DNA from: Camelus ferus
Taxonomy: Eukaryota
Direction of reading: 5' to 3'
Assembly: GCF_009834535.1 (NCBI RefSeq)
Contig: NC_045696.1
Coordinates: 118,608,001 to 118,672,000, forward strand
DNA length: 64,000 nt
Below are positions 12,238-25,649 of the stretch, piece by piece. A program made the position numbers and the translations under genes. The notes beneath the pieces are model-generated. The model made no database searches and was not told the DNA's origin. It saw only the letters and a list, made by a program, of their open reading frames with translations. Each line of letters starts with the position of its first letter. Position 1 is the first letter of the stretch.

Positions 12238-12402
12238 AGACTCATTGAAACTGAGAACGAAGCTTGACTTGTTTCCACCGGGGGTGGGCACACAAGGTGC
12301 TGGCCGGCCAGGCCTGACCCCGGCAAGACCTGCCCGAGGCCGGGCGCTGGGGCGCAGGCCTGACCCAGGCTCACCCCTGACCCCACCACTCCCTTCCTCT
12401 AC

Positions 12403-12510
12403 AGTTTAGGCAAGTTGCTTAACCACTGGGGCCTCAGTTTACCTGCAAACTGGGGTAACAGCAGTCATCCTCCTTCCTGGTTGTGGTGAGGACCAGAGGA
12501 TCACACCTCA
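12403..12510 (+). mobile_element. MIR fragment
   Basis: Core ggcaagttgcttaacc...gcctcagttt...ctgcaaactgggg...ttgtggtgagga. Confidence 0.6.
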
Positions 12511-13565
12511 TGCCTTGGAACCTGCCGCGTGGTGAAGGCAGGATGGGGTCAAAGGTGACACTCCATCCTGCAGGAGCCCCCAGGGCCCATGTGGTCCCAC
12601 CCTTCCACTGACAGCGAGCCGCCCATCCCCACCGCCTACCCTCAGCACCATGTCTGCCCCAGTCACCTCACTTACACCAGCTAACGTGGGGCTTGGTGAG
12701 GAGGGCACGGGGAAGGGTGGGGAGAAGGTGGAGATCCCAAGTCTTAAATGACAGACTCAGAAGGTAAGAGCCGTCTTCACAGCGTCGGCAGAGCCATGGA
12801 GCCAGCACACCTTGGATGGATTTTGTGCCTGAGCCCAGCCCCAGCCGAGGCCTCTGTCCCAGGCCCAGCCAGGAAGGGGCCTTCCCTACTGGGCCACAGC
12901 GCCCCCAGCCAAGGGACTTTGTGGACCACAGGCTCTGCCATCAAAAGGTTGGAGGGCCCGGCTGCTCTTCTGACAGTTCCCACTGGTGACAGTGATGGGG
13001 ACCCTGCCTCCCCTGACGGGTGACACCATGAACACCTCCTGCCGCCGGGAGTCCAGACCCTGTGCAGCAGGTGGGGCTGGGGCTCATACGCCCTCACCCC
13101 AGGACCACCCTCCTGCTCCTCCCAAGCCCCCAGGGCTGCTCTGTGCCTGCAGAAAGGGGTGGGGGTTCCAGTGTCCTGAGAGCAGCGCCTTCCCCGACTG
13201 CCTCCCCCACTCACTCAGCTCCTGGTGCTCCCCCTTGGGCACAAGCCCCTGACACCCTGTCCCTCCAGGACCCCTCCTGCAGGCAGAAGGCCAGCATCAG
13301 GCGAGTGCGAAGAAACCAGGGGTCAAGGTGGGTCCAGAGTCTTCGCAGACCAGGGCTCTGTGCTCCTCTGTGCTCAGCAGAGGCACCAGGCCCAGGCCCA
13401 TCCACGGTCCTGCTGGCCCTGGTCCTAGTTCCTGCTCCTGACCCAGCGCCTTGCCAAGTGACACCCAGGGCAGACTTTGGCCCAGAGGGGCAGTGACCAG
13501 CAGCCTTTTATTACTTTGCAATTCGTCTCCATCACAGCCTGCAGTCCTGTCCTTGGTTTTGAATC

Positions 13566-14059
13566 TTTCTTTAATTGAAATATAGTTGGTTTACAATGTT
13601 GTGTTGGTTTCAGTTGTACAGCATAGTGATTCAGATACATATATATATTCTGTTTCAGATTCTTTTCTATTATAGGTTATTATAAGATATTGAATATAGT
13701 TCCCTGTGCTACATAGTAGGTCCTGATAGAGAAGATGTGGTATATATATATACAATGCAATATTACTCAGCCATAAAAAAGAATGAAATAATACCATTGG
13801 CAGCAACATGGATGGACCTGGAGATCATCATACTAAGTGAAGTAAGTCAGACAAAGACAAATACCTACGACATCACTTATATGTGGAATTAAAAAAAAAT
13901 ACAAATTCTATCTACAAACCAAAAACAGACTCAACGGACATAGAAGACAAACTATGGTTACCAAAGGGGAAAGGGCAGGGAGGGATGAATTAGGGGTTGG
14001 AGATTAACAGATGCACATTACTATGTATAAAATAGGCAAACAACAAGGACCTACTGTAT
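13566..14059 (-). mobile_element. LINE-1 3' fragment with 5' inversion (twin-priming structure)
   Basis: 13566-13724 is the L1 3' terminus on the minus strand. 13725-14059 is the adjacent upstream L1 segment on the plus strand. Confidence 0.8.
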
Positions 14060-14096
14060 TTGCCTTTTCTTGAAAAGAGGACCTAAGCTTTATCTG

Positions 14097-14210
14097 ATCA
14101 TTCACTCATATTTGTTGAGCACTCACTAAGTTCTAGGGGCTAGAGAGACGTGGCGAGCAAGACACAGGATTCCTGTCCTCGGAGCTTGGAGTCCAGTCGA
14201 GGAGAAGGCA
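14097..14210 (-). mobile_element. L2 3'-end fragment
   Basis: cattcactcatatttgttgagcac...cctgtcctcggagcttggagtccagt. Confidence 0.5.
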
Positions 14211-15493
14211 GTGCCCCCCTCATGCAACACACGGCCTTTGTGAAGGGGCGAAGGACATCGTTTCAGGTGAGGACGGTGTAGCAGAGGCTCTTCAGGAAGT
14301 CCAGGTCCCTCTCCCCACGGGGCAGGGGCACAGCTGGACCGCATTCCACCGTCTCCCTTGCAGGGACTGAGCTCAGACCCCTGTAATAGGAGTGATGACC
14401 CAGGAGCAGTATATGGATGGAAAGGTGATGAGTTGGGACCCTGGGAGCCAAGGATGCTGGGGGGGGGGGGTGGCGCTAGGAAACCCCCATCTCTCCCCAG
14501 ATTTGGAGACCCAGCCCGTCCCACATTTTTCTTAAGCCTGTTTGTCATTCTTTGCTTTCATTCCAGCTGTGACAGACTGGGGAGAGATGGAGGTCAGCGT
14601 TACTCCTAACCAACAAATTCATTCAGAGATTTCAGCGCCCATCAGACACCAGTTCCCTGGACTCTGCCTGTCTGACTCAACCTCAAGGTGTCAGGGCTTC
14701 AGCCCACCCCAGCCCATTATGAGGGGACTTGGGATGAGACAGGTAAGCTCTGCCAGCCTCCACTTCCTCATCCCTAAAGTGGGGCGGGCACCAAGCTCGG
14801 CCACCTCACGGGGGTGTTGTTTGTTAAATGCCAGGCACTGGGCATGATTAACTCCCACTGACAACACCCCACGGGGGTAGGTGGTGGGCATCACGTGGCT
14901 CCCTTGGCCAGCAGCCTGCAGCCGAAGGGCAGGATTTGAGGTGGCCCGGAGCACCCAGGGGTGGCAGGCTCTGCCTGCCTGCGGGACCAAGGCCAGCATC
15001 AGCACCAGGACCTAACCTCACCGTGTAGCCTCACAGACAGGTGCGACTCCTGGACATCTGTGCGTGCGTGTGGTTCACCTCGTGTGCTGATGGGGGTGGC
15101 CAGGCTCTGCTGGGTTTCTCAGAATTCTGGGCCTCAGAGATTCGGAGAAACTCGGGCTTTCAGAGAAAGTCTGCCGACTTGCCGCAGAGACATTAACCAC
15201 AGAGCCCGAGCGGCAGCCAGGTGAGAGCTGGCTCAGCAGCCTTCCTGTCCCCGGCTGTGGGCAGCGTCCCCAGGCGCAGGGTCAGTCCCTCCTAAGGCAC
15301 AGGTGGCCTGGGAGGAGCACCGGACCCGGAGTCCATGCCCCGCGGTCAGCCCTGCTCCCTGCCTCGGTGCCACAGCCCACCCCACCCCCGGCAGGCACCC
15401 TCCCACCCAGACTCGGGGAGGAGACTGTGGGGCACCACCACCCTCCCTGACGCTTGGTTTCTCCCACCTGAAAAGTAGAGGTTAGATTAGGTT

Positions 15494-16492
15494 AGCGCTT
15501 TTCCACACTTTTTGGACCGTAACCCACATTAAGAAATACACTTCACAGCGTATCACGCAGGGTGACGCCTGCAGCGGTAACTCACGGTCCCAAGATGTCA
15601 GTGGCTTCACACGAGGCAAAGTTCATTTCTCACTCACAGAACTGCAGTGCGGGGCTTCCTGGTTCGTGGGTAGCCCTCCCCACGCAGTGGTTCGGGGACC
15701 TGGCCGCCTCGAGGCTCCACCGTCCGCTCATGCTGCCCCACCAGTGTCAGAGGCCCCGGACCCCACGGTCAAATGTTATTTTCAACCACATTCCATTGGA
15801 GAGAGCAAGTGGACACACACACACACCCCCCGAAATAGAATATGAGTCGCAAAACAAACGTGCTCAGACTGGGTGTGACGCCTTCTGGTTCTGACTTTCT
15901 GCCGTATCACATTACATTACATTGTATTATATATATATTTTTTTAAGATTTTTTTAAATTGAAGTATAGTTAGTTTACAATGTTGTGTTAATTTCTGCTG
16001 TACAGCATAGTGATTCAGTTATACATTCTTTTTCATATTCTTTTTCATTCTAGGTTATTACAAGATACTGAATGTAGTTCCCTGTGCTCTACAGCAGGGC
16101 CTTGTTGTTTATCTATTTTACATCTAGTAGCATGTATCTGCGAGTCCTGAACTTCCATTTTATCGCTCCCCATCCCCTTTTCCCCCTGGTAGCCATAAGT
16201 TTGTTTTCTAAGTCTGTGAGTCTGTTTGTTTTGTAAGTTCTTTTGTGTCATTTTTTAAAGATTCCACATATGAGTGATATCATATGGTATTTTTCTTTCT
16301 CTTTCTGGCTTACTTCACTTAGAATGATGATCTCCAGGTCCATCTATGTTGCTCCAAATGACAAATATTGTATATCACATTATATTAGTGACCCACTAAA
16401 TTAATCTCTGCCGCCCCAAGGCCCCATCCAGGGCCTTGACCAACTATTGGGTTAATCTTATAACCAACTAATGCCTACAGTTTAAAAACTCA
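15494..16492. mobile_element. hAT-Charlie relic interrupted by an MLT1-like fragment (~15570-15810) and an L1
   Basis: Left end agcgcttttccacacttttt...acccacattaagaaatac. Right part gtgacccactaaatt...cagtttaaaaact. Confidence 0.4.
15940..16362 (-). mobile_element. LINE-1 3' end (~420 bp)
   Basis: T-rich tail, then aattgaagtatagttagtttacaatgttgtg...cacttagaatgatgatctccaggtccatc. Homologous to other L1 3' ends in the window. Confidence 0.88.
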
Positions 16493-19391
16493 GACAATTC
16501 CTCAAGGAAGTGACCATAATCTTACCCAACTCTGAAGAGCACACAGAGTTCAGTGGCCACGTGTCTGGAAGGACTTTTTCAGCCAAGAAGAGAGCCGCTC
16601 ACAGCTGTAGCAGAGCTCGGCTGCCCCTCAGAGGAGGAGGCAATGCAGGAAAAGTGGCTTTTAATCCACAAAGATTGGGATGTCCTCCTAATCTATCCAA
16701 GGAAGGGAGGCCTGGTCGTCTGTCCAGGGGCAGGAGGCACTCCCGGGACAGGAGGCAGGAGGACGGTTCCAGAAACCAGTTGCAGACCAGGTGTGGAGGA
16801 TGGGCGTGCTGGCTCCAAGCCACCCTCTGAGGGACTCAGCAGGTGCTCGTCCCAGACTGCAGTCGACTCTGGGTGTAAGTCCAGCCCCGTGGCAATGGGG
16901 ATTCGCCAGAATGCTGGAGGAGGGGCAGGCATCTTGGTACCTTAGTACCTGCTTAGTACCCAAGGGTTGCCCCCACCCCCAGGAGAGGTCTGGTCCACCC
17001 GCCTCCTTACCCATGTTCCCTGAGCTCTGACACGTCTGCAAGACGCCCTCTGAACCTGCTGCTCTTTTTTCAGACACACCTGGGAAGAACCCCGTCACCG
17101 TATGTGAATCAGCTCATGACCAGGGTGACAACGGGGACGCTGGCCCTTTTCTTTAAGAATACCAGTCAGACTGCAGTGAGTGACCCAGATTTTCCTGCAC
17201 AGGTACGGCTTCAGAATCCTCAACCCCTCTGGGCCCGGGCACCGCCCTCTGTGCGCCTCTCCTGTCAGGAACAGAGCACGGAGCCTCTCCAAGGACACGG
17301 CGTGGTGGCAGGAACCCGGGACTGGGCAGCCAGTGGAGCTGGGTCCAGGAAGGGCCTCTGCCCCACGCAAGCTGGGTGCCTTCAAGCAACTCGCACAGCC
17401 TCTCTGAACCTCAATTTTCTTACCCCAAAACAGAAGGACTGCCTGCTCTCGGGCTGAGAGGAGCAGATGAGTTCAAGCAAGTAAAGTGTGGGCCTGTGGT
17501 GAGAGCCCAACAGATGCTGGCCTGTCCCCCCACCCTATGAGGAAGGCCCCCAAAACCGCGTTTGCAGGGCGGGGTCCACTTCCTGCCCTGCACCAGGGAT
17601 GACACGGGCCAGCTGACCCTTTACCAGGGACCGAGGTGGGATGGACCCCGCTGCAGCTCCCCGCCCAGCAAAGGAACTGCCTGCCAGGGGGGCTCACTGT
17701 CCCCTGTGGAGCTCCTGACGGGTCCAAGTGGGACAGTTTTTGAGTCAAGATGGGTGGAAGGACATGACCTGCCCCAGAGCAGGAGGAAGGGCAGTGGGCC
17801 AGCTTCCCCAAGGAGGTGAGGTTTTGAGCCGGGGCTTGGGGTTGACCCAGCAGTTTTGGGGGGCGGTGATCCAGACAGAGAGGGCAGCGTGTCCTGGGGC
17901 CCTGGGCAGGGAGCAAGGTGCCCAGGCTGCTCGGCATCCCCAGGGTGGGGACTGGCTCATGCTGGGCAGCCAGGCAAGTCCTGCTCCAGGAGCTGCCCAG
18001 GGTCCCTGCAATGAGAGCCTGTGTGGTCTGGGGATGCCAAGGCCTCTCTGGGACCCTGCCACCATTCCAGGGCTGTGTGTGTCAGAGGTGAAGGCTTCTA
18101 GAATGTCTAAGGGTCTGAACTTAAGTTGACTTAAGGAATCACCTCAGATTGGCCCAGGCTGTCATGGGACACAGGTCGCTCCTCTGTGGATATGTAGCCA
18201 TGGGTGGGTGGCTTTAGGACTTGGCCAAAACACCTGTACCATGAGGCTCCTCCCCACCCTGGCCTCTGGGGGCAAGGCCCCTCTGCCTCCTACCAGCTGG
18301 TCCCCGTGTTGCTGACCCCCAGGCCCTGGACAGCATCACAGCCAGAGCCAGCAGACAAGCCCGCTTGGCCTCGTTACCGCCTGGCCCAGGCCTGGAGTGA
18401 GGCCTTCTCCCAGAGGAAAGGACCATTTGGAGGATGAGGGAGGGTGGGATGGGGAAGCTTGGTGGCCTGAGGAGGTCCTCCAAGCAGAATCCTGCTGTGA
18501 GGGCTCCCATCCCCCCCACTCCATGTTTAGAGGAGGAAACAAAACCCCAGGAGCCCCAGAATGGCCTGACCTGAGGCCTCACGCTTCCTGAGGCCGGACC
18601 AGACATCAAGACCCCCACTGTGGGTTCGGCAGATGCCCCTTCCAGGGGGACCACTTAACAGAGCTGCGGGCCACAGCTCATCACATCCTTCAAGGCCCCG
18701 GGGTTTTTCATCCTTCCCTCTTTTTCCCTGAGCAGAACCATAAAAGCTGTTCATAGGGGTCCTCGAGCGAGCACTGGCCTGTGCGGGGTCTCCTGCACCC
18801 AGTGACCTGGCCCCTGTGTGTGATTCTCACCCACCATCCCAGAGACATCCCAGAGCTGGAAGGACCCCAGCCAGGTTCAAGTTCACTCTACCCATGAGAC
18901 GCTGGCCCCCAGTGTTCCCCTAGGCAACATGGGATGGAGGTGGGGAGCCCAGGGCAGCCTGTGAGGAGGTGCGTCCTAAGGGGGCCCCTGAGGCATTGAT
19001 GGAACTGAAGGGAGGTTAGCGCAGCTGTAGGGGAACAGCATAAGCAAAGGCAGAGAGGTCAGGGCAAAAGAGGGACATACAAGACAGACTGGAGACACTT
19101 CGTGTGTCAGGAGGGAGCATGGGGCGTCAATACCACCCTGGCCCTGCTTCAGCTGGATGACCCTGGGCGAGTCACCTCCCTTCTCTGGGCCCCAGTCCAG
19201 TCTCCTTACTGATGAAGTGAGAGGCAGGGGCTGGACAGAATTACATGGGGGGCTGTCAAGTGTGGACTCCTGGAGGCTGGGGTTCAGGCACTCTTCTCCA
19301 TCCCTGCAGAGCCTGGAATCTGGAGCTCTGAGCTCGCGGCTGCAGAAGCAGAGGGTCAGCCGATCAGTGAGGGAAGCCACAGTCTCTTCCA

Positions 19392-19890
19392 GTAACAACA
19401 GGTGGTGTCTGATGGGAGAGTGAAGCAGGGGAGAAACCGGGACTTCCGTCATTTCTGGGAGGAGTGGGAAATGGTGCAACGACTTTGGAAGGCAATTTGG
19501 CAGCTGCTAAGAAAGTGAAACATGCACTTACAGGCGAGCCCACTCCTGCATCCTTGCCCAGGGAAAATGAAGTGCGTGTCTCACACAGACGCGTGCTCGT
19601 AACAGCCCCAAAGTAGAAGCAGTGCCATGTCCATCGATAGGAGATAGAGAAGGAAAGTGTGGACCAGCCGTACAAGGAGAAGCTGCTCGGCCGACGAGGG
19701 AATGAACTTGAGGTACACCCTACAGGATGGATGCCACAGACGAGGGCGAGCCCCAAAGCCAAACCAGGGGGATGACCTACGGGAGGTTCCACTTAGATAC
19801 AGTTCAAGCAAAGACAACCAGGAATCTAGACTCGCAGATAGCAGAGCGTGGGAGGAAATCCATCTCCAAATATCACGTATGTTGGTAGTA
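19392..19890 (+). mobile_element. Ancient L1 (L1M-type) ORF2 end/3' UTR fragment
   Basis: aaatggtgcaacgactttggaaggcaatttggcag...cccactcct...tgtccatc. Degenerate and GC-shifted. Confidence 0.55.
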
Positions 19891-20393
19891 TCCCCCTAAA
19901 AAAGACAGACAGACCCGTGCCTGTTCTGTGGTCACATCGACACGTACCTCTGGGCCCCCAGACGTGCATTCAGTGAATATTTATTGAGCATTTCAGACAC
20001 TGTTCCAGGCACTGGGGAAGCAATAATTTTTAAAAAATCAATATATGTCCTTCTGGACGTGACATTCCAACATCACCGCTCCTGCCAGCCCCCTCCCTGC
20101 TCTGAGCCTCCTCTGGGCTCGTACCTGTTGTAAACCTGGGCATTGGTTTGGGTCAATGAACGAGTTCAGAAAAAGTCATGAGGAATAATAATTATTTTTA
20201 TAATTATAATAATAACAAAAAAAAAAACCAGAAAGGAGAGTTTGGAAAACATGATTAAATGGGCCATCAAGGCATATTAAATTATACTGCAACGTTATAC
20301 ACAAATGAAAAACACCCCATTGGAAAGGGAAGATGGTAGAATTGAGAACACAAGATCACCCAGAAGGGGTTCCTACGGCTTTCTTACATAAGC

Positions 20394-22463
20394 TTTTTTT
20401 TTTAACATTTTTTATTGATTTATAATCACTTTACAATGTTGTGTCAAATTTCAGTGTAAAACACAATTTTTCAGTTATACATGAACATATATATATATTC
20501 ATTGTCACATTTTTTTCTCTGTGAGCTACCATAAGATCTTGTGTATATTTCCCTGTGCTATACAGTATAATCTTGTTTATCTATTCTATACTTTTGAAAT
20601 CCCGTCTATCCCTTCCCATCCTCTGCCCCCTTGGCAACCACAAGTTTATATTCTATGTCTATGAGTCTGTTTCTGTTTTGTATTTATGCTTTGTTTGTTT
20701 GTTTTGTTTTTTTCTTTTTTTTTTAGATTCCACATATGAGCAATCTCATATGGTATTTTTCTTTCTCTTTCTGGCTTACTTCGCTTAGAATGACATTCTC
20801 CAGGAGCATCCATGTTGCTGCAAATGGTGTTATGTTGTCGGTTTTTATGGCTGAGTAGTATTCCATTGTATAAATGTACCACTTCTTCTTTATCCAGTCA
20901 TCTGTTGATGGACATTTAGGCTGTCTCCATGTCTTGGCTATTGTAAATAGTGCTGCTATGAACATTGGAGTGCAGGTGTCACCCTGAAGTAGGGTCCCTT
21001 CTGGATATATGCCCAGGAGCGGAATTCCTGGGTCATATGGTAAGTCTATTCCTAGTCTTTTGAGGAATCTCCATACTGTTTTCCACAGTGGCTGCACCAA
21101 ACTGCATTCCCACCAGCAGTGAAGGAGGGTTCCCTTTTCTCCACAGCCTCTCCAGCATTTGTTATTTGTGGACTTTTGAATGATGGCCATTCTGACTGGT
21201 GTGAGGTGATACCTCATTGTAGTTTTGATTTGCATTTCTCTGGTAATTAGTGATACTGAGCATTTTTACATGTGCCTATTGATCATTTGTATGTCTTCCT
21301 TGGAGAATTGCTTGTTTAGGTCTTCTGTCCATTTTTGGATTGGATTGTTAATTTTTTTCTTATTAAGTCGTATGAGCTGTTTATGTATTCCGGAGATCAA
21401 GCCTTTGTTGGTTTCATTTGCAGAAATTTTTTTCCATTCCGTAGGTTGTCTTTTTGTTTTACTTATGGTTTCCTTTGCTGTGCAGAAGCTTGTAAGTTTA
21501 ATTAAGTCCCATTTGTTTATTCTTGCTTTTATTTCTATTTCTTGGGTAGACTGTCCTAGGAGAACATTTTTGAGATGTATGTCAGATAATGTTTTGCCTA
21601 TATTTTCCTCTAGGAGGTTTATTGTATCTTGTCTTGTGTTTAAGTCTTTGATCCATTTTGAGTTGATTTTTGTGTATGGTGTAAGGGAGTGTTCTAGCTT
21701 CATTGCTTTACATGCTGCTGTCCAGTTTTCCCAGCACCATTTGCTGAAGAGACTGTCTTTATTCCATTGTATATTCTTGCCTCCTTTGTCAAAGATTAGT
21801 TGACCGAAAGTTTGTGGGTTCATTTCTGGGCTCTCTATTCTGTTCCATTGGCCCATATGTCTGTTTTTGTACCAATACCATGCTGTCTTGATCACTGTAG
21901 CTCTGTAGTATTGTCTGAAGTCTGGGAGAGTTATTCCTCCAGCCTCTTTCTTTTTCTTCAGTAATGCTTTGGCAATTCTAGGTCTTTGATGGTTCCATAT
22001 AAATTTTATTATGATTTGTTCTAGTTCTGTGAAATATGCCCTGGGTAATTTGATAGGGATTGCATTAAATCTGTAGATTGCCTTGGGCAGTGTGACCATT
22101 TTAAAAATATTGATTCTTCCAATCCAACAGCATGGGATATCTTTCCATTTTTTAAAGTCTTCTTTAATTTCCTTCATCAATGGTTTATAGTTCTCTGTGT
22201 ATAATTCCTTCACCTCTTTGGTTAGACTTATTCCTAGGTATTTTATTACTTTGGGTGCTATTTTAAAGGGGATTGTTTCTTTACTTTCTTTTTCTGTTGA
22301 TTCATCGTTAGTGTAAAGAAATGCAACTGATTTTTGAACATTAATCTTGTAACCTGCTACCTTGCTGAATTCTTCGATCAGCTCTAGTAGTTTTTGTGTG
22401 GACCTTTTAGGGTTTTCTATGTATAGTAACATGTTGTCGGCATAGAGTGACACTTTTACCTCT
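20394..22463 (-). mobile_element. Young 5'-truncated LINE-1 (~2.07 kb), C-terminal part of ORF2 with one nonsense codon
   Basis: ORFs 21266..22453 (SLYADNML = RT YADD region) and 20723..21235 ([18 protein letters not shown]) are in the same frame, separated by TAA at 21266-21268. Poly-T at 20394. Confidence 0.96.
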
Positions 22464-22502
22464 GCTTGCTGACAGGCACTGGGAGCAGCACAGACGAGGG
22501 CG

Positions 22503-24041
22503 CCAACAGAGGGCCTCTGGAAACAGCAAGCTGAGCTTCCAAAACATTAGCTTTTAAAGAAAGAAATTTAACTTTTTATTTTGAAACAATTTTAGACTCG
22601 TGGAGAAATTGCAAAAACTGTGGACGGAGAGTTCCCCTGTCCCCCTCACCTGGCTTCCCCAGTGATAGCATCTTAGGTAACCAGCACAGTTATCAAGGTC
22701 AGGACATCAACTAAGATGCAGACCCTACGCAGATTTCACCCTTTTTACCTGCACTTTAATGGAAGGGGTGTGAAGTGCTGTGAAACATTATCCCACGGGC
22801 AGATTGACACAGCCACCATGCGGTCACCACACACACCACAAGGAGCTCCCCTCAGCTGTCACACCTCCCTAACCCCTAGGCCTGGCAGTCAGCCCTCCAC
22901 TGCTGCCATTTTCTCATTTTCCAGCATTGGATAACCTGGATCAGTGTGTAGCCTTTCAGGGACTGGCTTTTTCCATTCAGCCTAAGGCTCTTGCAACCCG
23001 CGTCGTGTGCATCACTAATCGGTGCCCTCTTTCTGCCGCAGAGTAGCCTGTGGTTGCATGTTTATCTATCCCCTCATCCACTGAAGGACATTTGGGCTGT
23101 TTGTAGTTTGGGGCTCTTAGAAATAAAGCTGCTAATTACGCCTGTGTACAGGTTGCTAAATAGCCTTCGATGCATGAACTTTATTGTTTCTGCCCACCTC
23201 CAGCCCATGGATTTTCAGCCTCAGAGCTTCACTTCCGTGGATGTAGTGTATGTAGCAACACAGACGTCTGGAACACAAGTGAGAGCCGGGAGGAAGGCAG
23301 ACCAGACACGGAGAGGCAATAGGAGGTGTTGTAAATGTCGCAGAGTCCCGGCGGAAGTGCCGTTGGCCGTCGGCCCGGATTCGCAAGGCCCATTTTACAC
23401 ACACCCAAAAGGTCTGGCCGTCTTGTCTGCTTGCCCACAGCAGTCTAGAGTGTGTGGAAATGGCTTTTGACAGCAGCTGGAGTTACAGTTGATAATTGGA
23501 CAGTGGAGGTGAAACTTAAAAACCATCCCGTAAAGCAGAAAGGCGGGCGGGTCAGGCGGTATATCTGTGTCCTGCCGCAGGGGGGCGCTCACAAGAGACA
23601 CAGAGCCCTCGAGAAAAGATCGGAATTCGTAAGTTCCTCAACAGGCATTAACAGATGGAGTGCATTTAAGAGATTTAAGAGTGATTTTCACCTGAAACCA
23701 TTGACAATTAAGAAGTCAAAGTGCTTCAAGCAGAGAGTTCTAGCAAAGTGACCTGAGGAATACCACATTCCCTGATGCCAGACGAGGAAGGTATCGCTTT
23801 GGTTCATTTTAATGAACACATCCCAGCAGAAGGCAGGCCAGGAGTCCCACGTGTGTTTTTACCTATAACTGTAGGGCAGAGACAAGAATTAAGCGTTCCC
23901 CAAAGAGAATGGCTCTGAAGTCACCCACACTGGAAGGATGCGATTCTCAGCAGGGTGAGCCCAGTCAAGTCATTCAACCGCCCAGAGCCTCAGTTTCTCC
24001 TTGGGTAAGGGGGAGCTGCTGGGCCTACCTGCAGGGGGCAT
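22503..24041 (+). promoter_or_regulatory. Cluster of three co-oriented CTCF-like motifs (22503, 23575, 24028)
   Basis: CCAACAGAGGGCCT, CCGCAGGGGGGCGCT and CCTGCAGGGGGCAT versus consensus CCASYAGRKGGCRS. Motif match only. Confidence 0.35.
22570..23155 (-). mobile_element. Ancient L1 (L1MC/ME-type) 3' UTR fragment
   Basis: ttttattttgaaacaattttagactc...ggacatttgggctgttt...aataaagctgct. Confidence 0.6.
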
Positions 24042-24934
24042 CACGAGATGGACTAGGTGAAGGGCTGTGGCACGTGGCACGTGAGAAACAGCTTCCACAG
24101 GAGAAGCAACTTTCCCGTGAAGCAGTTCCACCCCCCCACCCCCCCACCTGGGTGTGACTGGGCCGGTTGGTGGTGGCAGTGGGGTCTCTGCTCTCAGCAC
24201 TTCCTATCTCAGTGTCCCCTCTGTGCCTCCCCCAATCTGATCCCACCCACCCCCATTGAACCCCTCGTGCCTACTGGAGGGGAGGAGCTTTTGCAACTGG
24301 GCGTGGTGTCCCAGGGACTCAAATCCAGAGCCCCTACCTGAGACCAGAGGTGGTTCATCAGAGTGCGCAGGCGCTGGGGCTCCAATCAGTGGCGTGATGG
24401 GGGTAAAAGTCCCAGGACTCCAGTGGGCCTCAGTTTCTTTGTCTGTAAAATGGGTTGACAAGCCCCTCTCCCAGGACCGTGGTCGGAATTCAAGGGGATC
24501 TTCTACGTTAGGCTCTCTGAACCGTCGTCCTGGACCAGCAAGGCGAGGGCAGTGTGAGCGGAGCGGAGCGGAGCAGAGGGGCGTGCACAGCCCTCAGGCC
24601 TCTGCGTGCAGGAGCCTGCGGACATCCTCCAGGCCGAGCACGTCCCGAAGCCAAGCCCGGAGTCAGGGAGGGGGAGCACCTCCGCTCACAGTGGATGAGG
24701 CAGGAGGCAAGCCAGAACAAGACTCCAGCTGGCCCGGGGCTCCACCGCTGAGCGGGTTTCGAACCTACCTTCTCTTTGGGGGCAAAGCCCGCACGCTATT
24801 AACCCGCAGCGACTCAAACTGAGAGCAAAGACTTCGCTGGTTTACTTACAGGAGTCTTTCATCAACCTCCATCTGTAAGTGGCCTTACACTGTTTTCCCA
24901 GCAGGGAAAGGTCTCGTTAGCAGGCATTTACAGG

Positions 24935-25105
24935 CTAAGACTGGGAGGGCTTTACGTATATTAACTCATGGAATCATCTGCACAGCCCTAGGAAGTAAGT
25001 ATTGTTGTCCCATTTTAGAGAAGGGAAAACTGAGGCACGGAGAGGTTGAATAACTTGCCTTGTGTTTCACAGTGAGCGAGTGGCCGAGATCAGATGTGGA
25101 CCAGG
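24935..25105 (-). mobile_element. MIR (further MIR cores near 14740, 19150, 23950, 24420, 41150, 45440, 46250, 48470, 60230)
   Basis: cccattttagagaagggaaaactgaggcacggagaggttgaataacttgcc is the MIR core. Confidence 0.7.
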
Positions 25106-25649
25106 CTGGCTCCCCCAAGAACCTGGTTCTCACCATCTCAGCAGGGATGCCCTGCCCAGAAGCCCTTCCGGGTCCAAGATGGCCCTTTTCCGGCCTGCCA
25201 CTGGGCTGTTGGCTTGAACGGAGAGCATCAGAATTCGTGGTGGGCCCCATGGCCCTGCTGTCAGCTGAAGGGCTCTGAGGACAGGCTTCCAAGACAAGGT
25301 GGGAAACGGGCACTGGGACTGGGGTTTCTGTGAGCACCCCTCCCCGTTCTGCATGTTAGGCGTTAGCTGCCAGCTGTTACAAACAATGAGATTGAAAATC
25401 AGGACTTCTGGCTTCTCTTGAAACCTGGAAGGCTCTGCCCCTGGGGCCCACAGCAGGGAGACCAGGGGGAGCAGGGGGCACCCGAGGAGCTCAGGGCTGT
25501 GCCCAGTGTCCAGGGGGCCGTGGCGGCCAGGGAGGGGCATCCCTGTCTGTGAGGCCGGTCTTTAGGGCTGGTGGACGCCTTGGTTTTCCCTGCAGCGACC
25601 CCGACCTCATCCTGCTCCTCCGCTTTCCTCCTTTTTCCCACCTTTCCTT

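Larger units (their letters stand above)
8804..12255 (+). other. TBC1D5: TBC1D5 3' UTR (~3.45 kb; end approximate)
   Basis: Follows the stop codon, has AT/U-rich blocks (~10960-11530, ~11970-12250) and ends at the first AATAAA I found (12232). Confidence 0.65.

Noticed and set aside
21225..21803. Hydrophobic plus-strand ORFs (also 37155..37622 and 43514..43813)
   Set aside because: Antisense frames of L1 ORF2, not membrane-protein genes.
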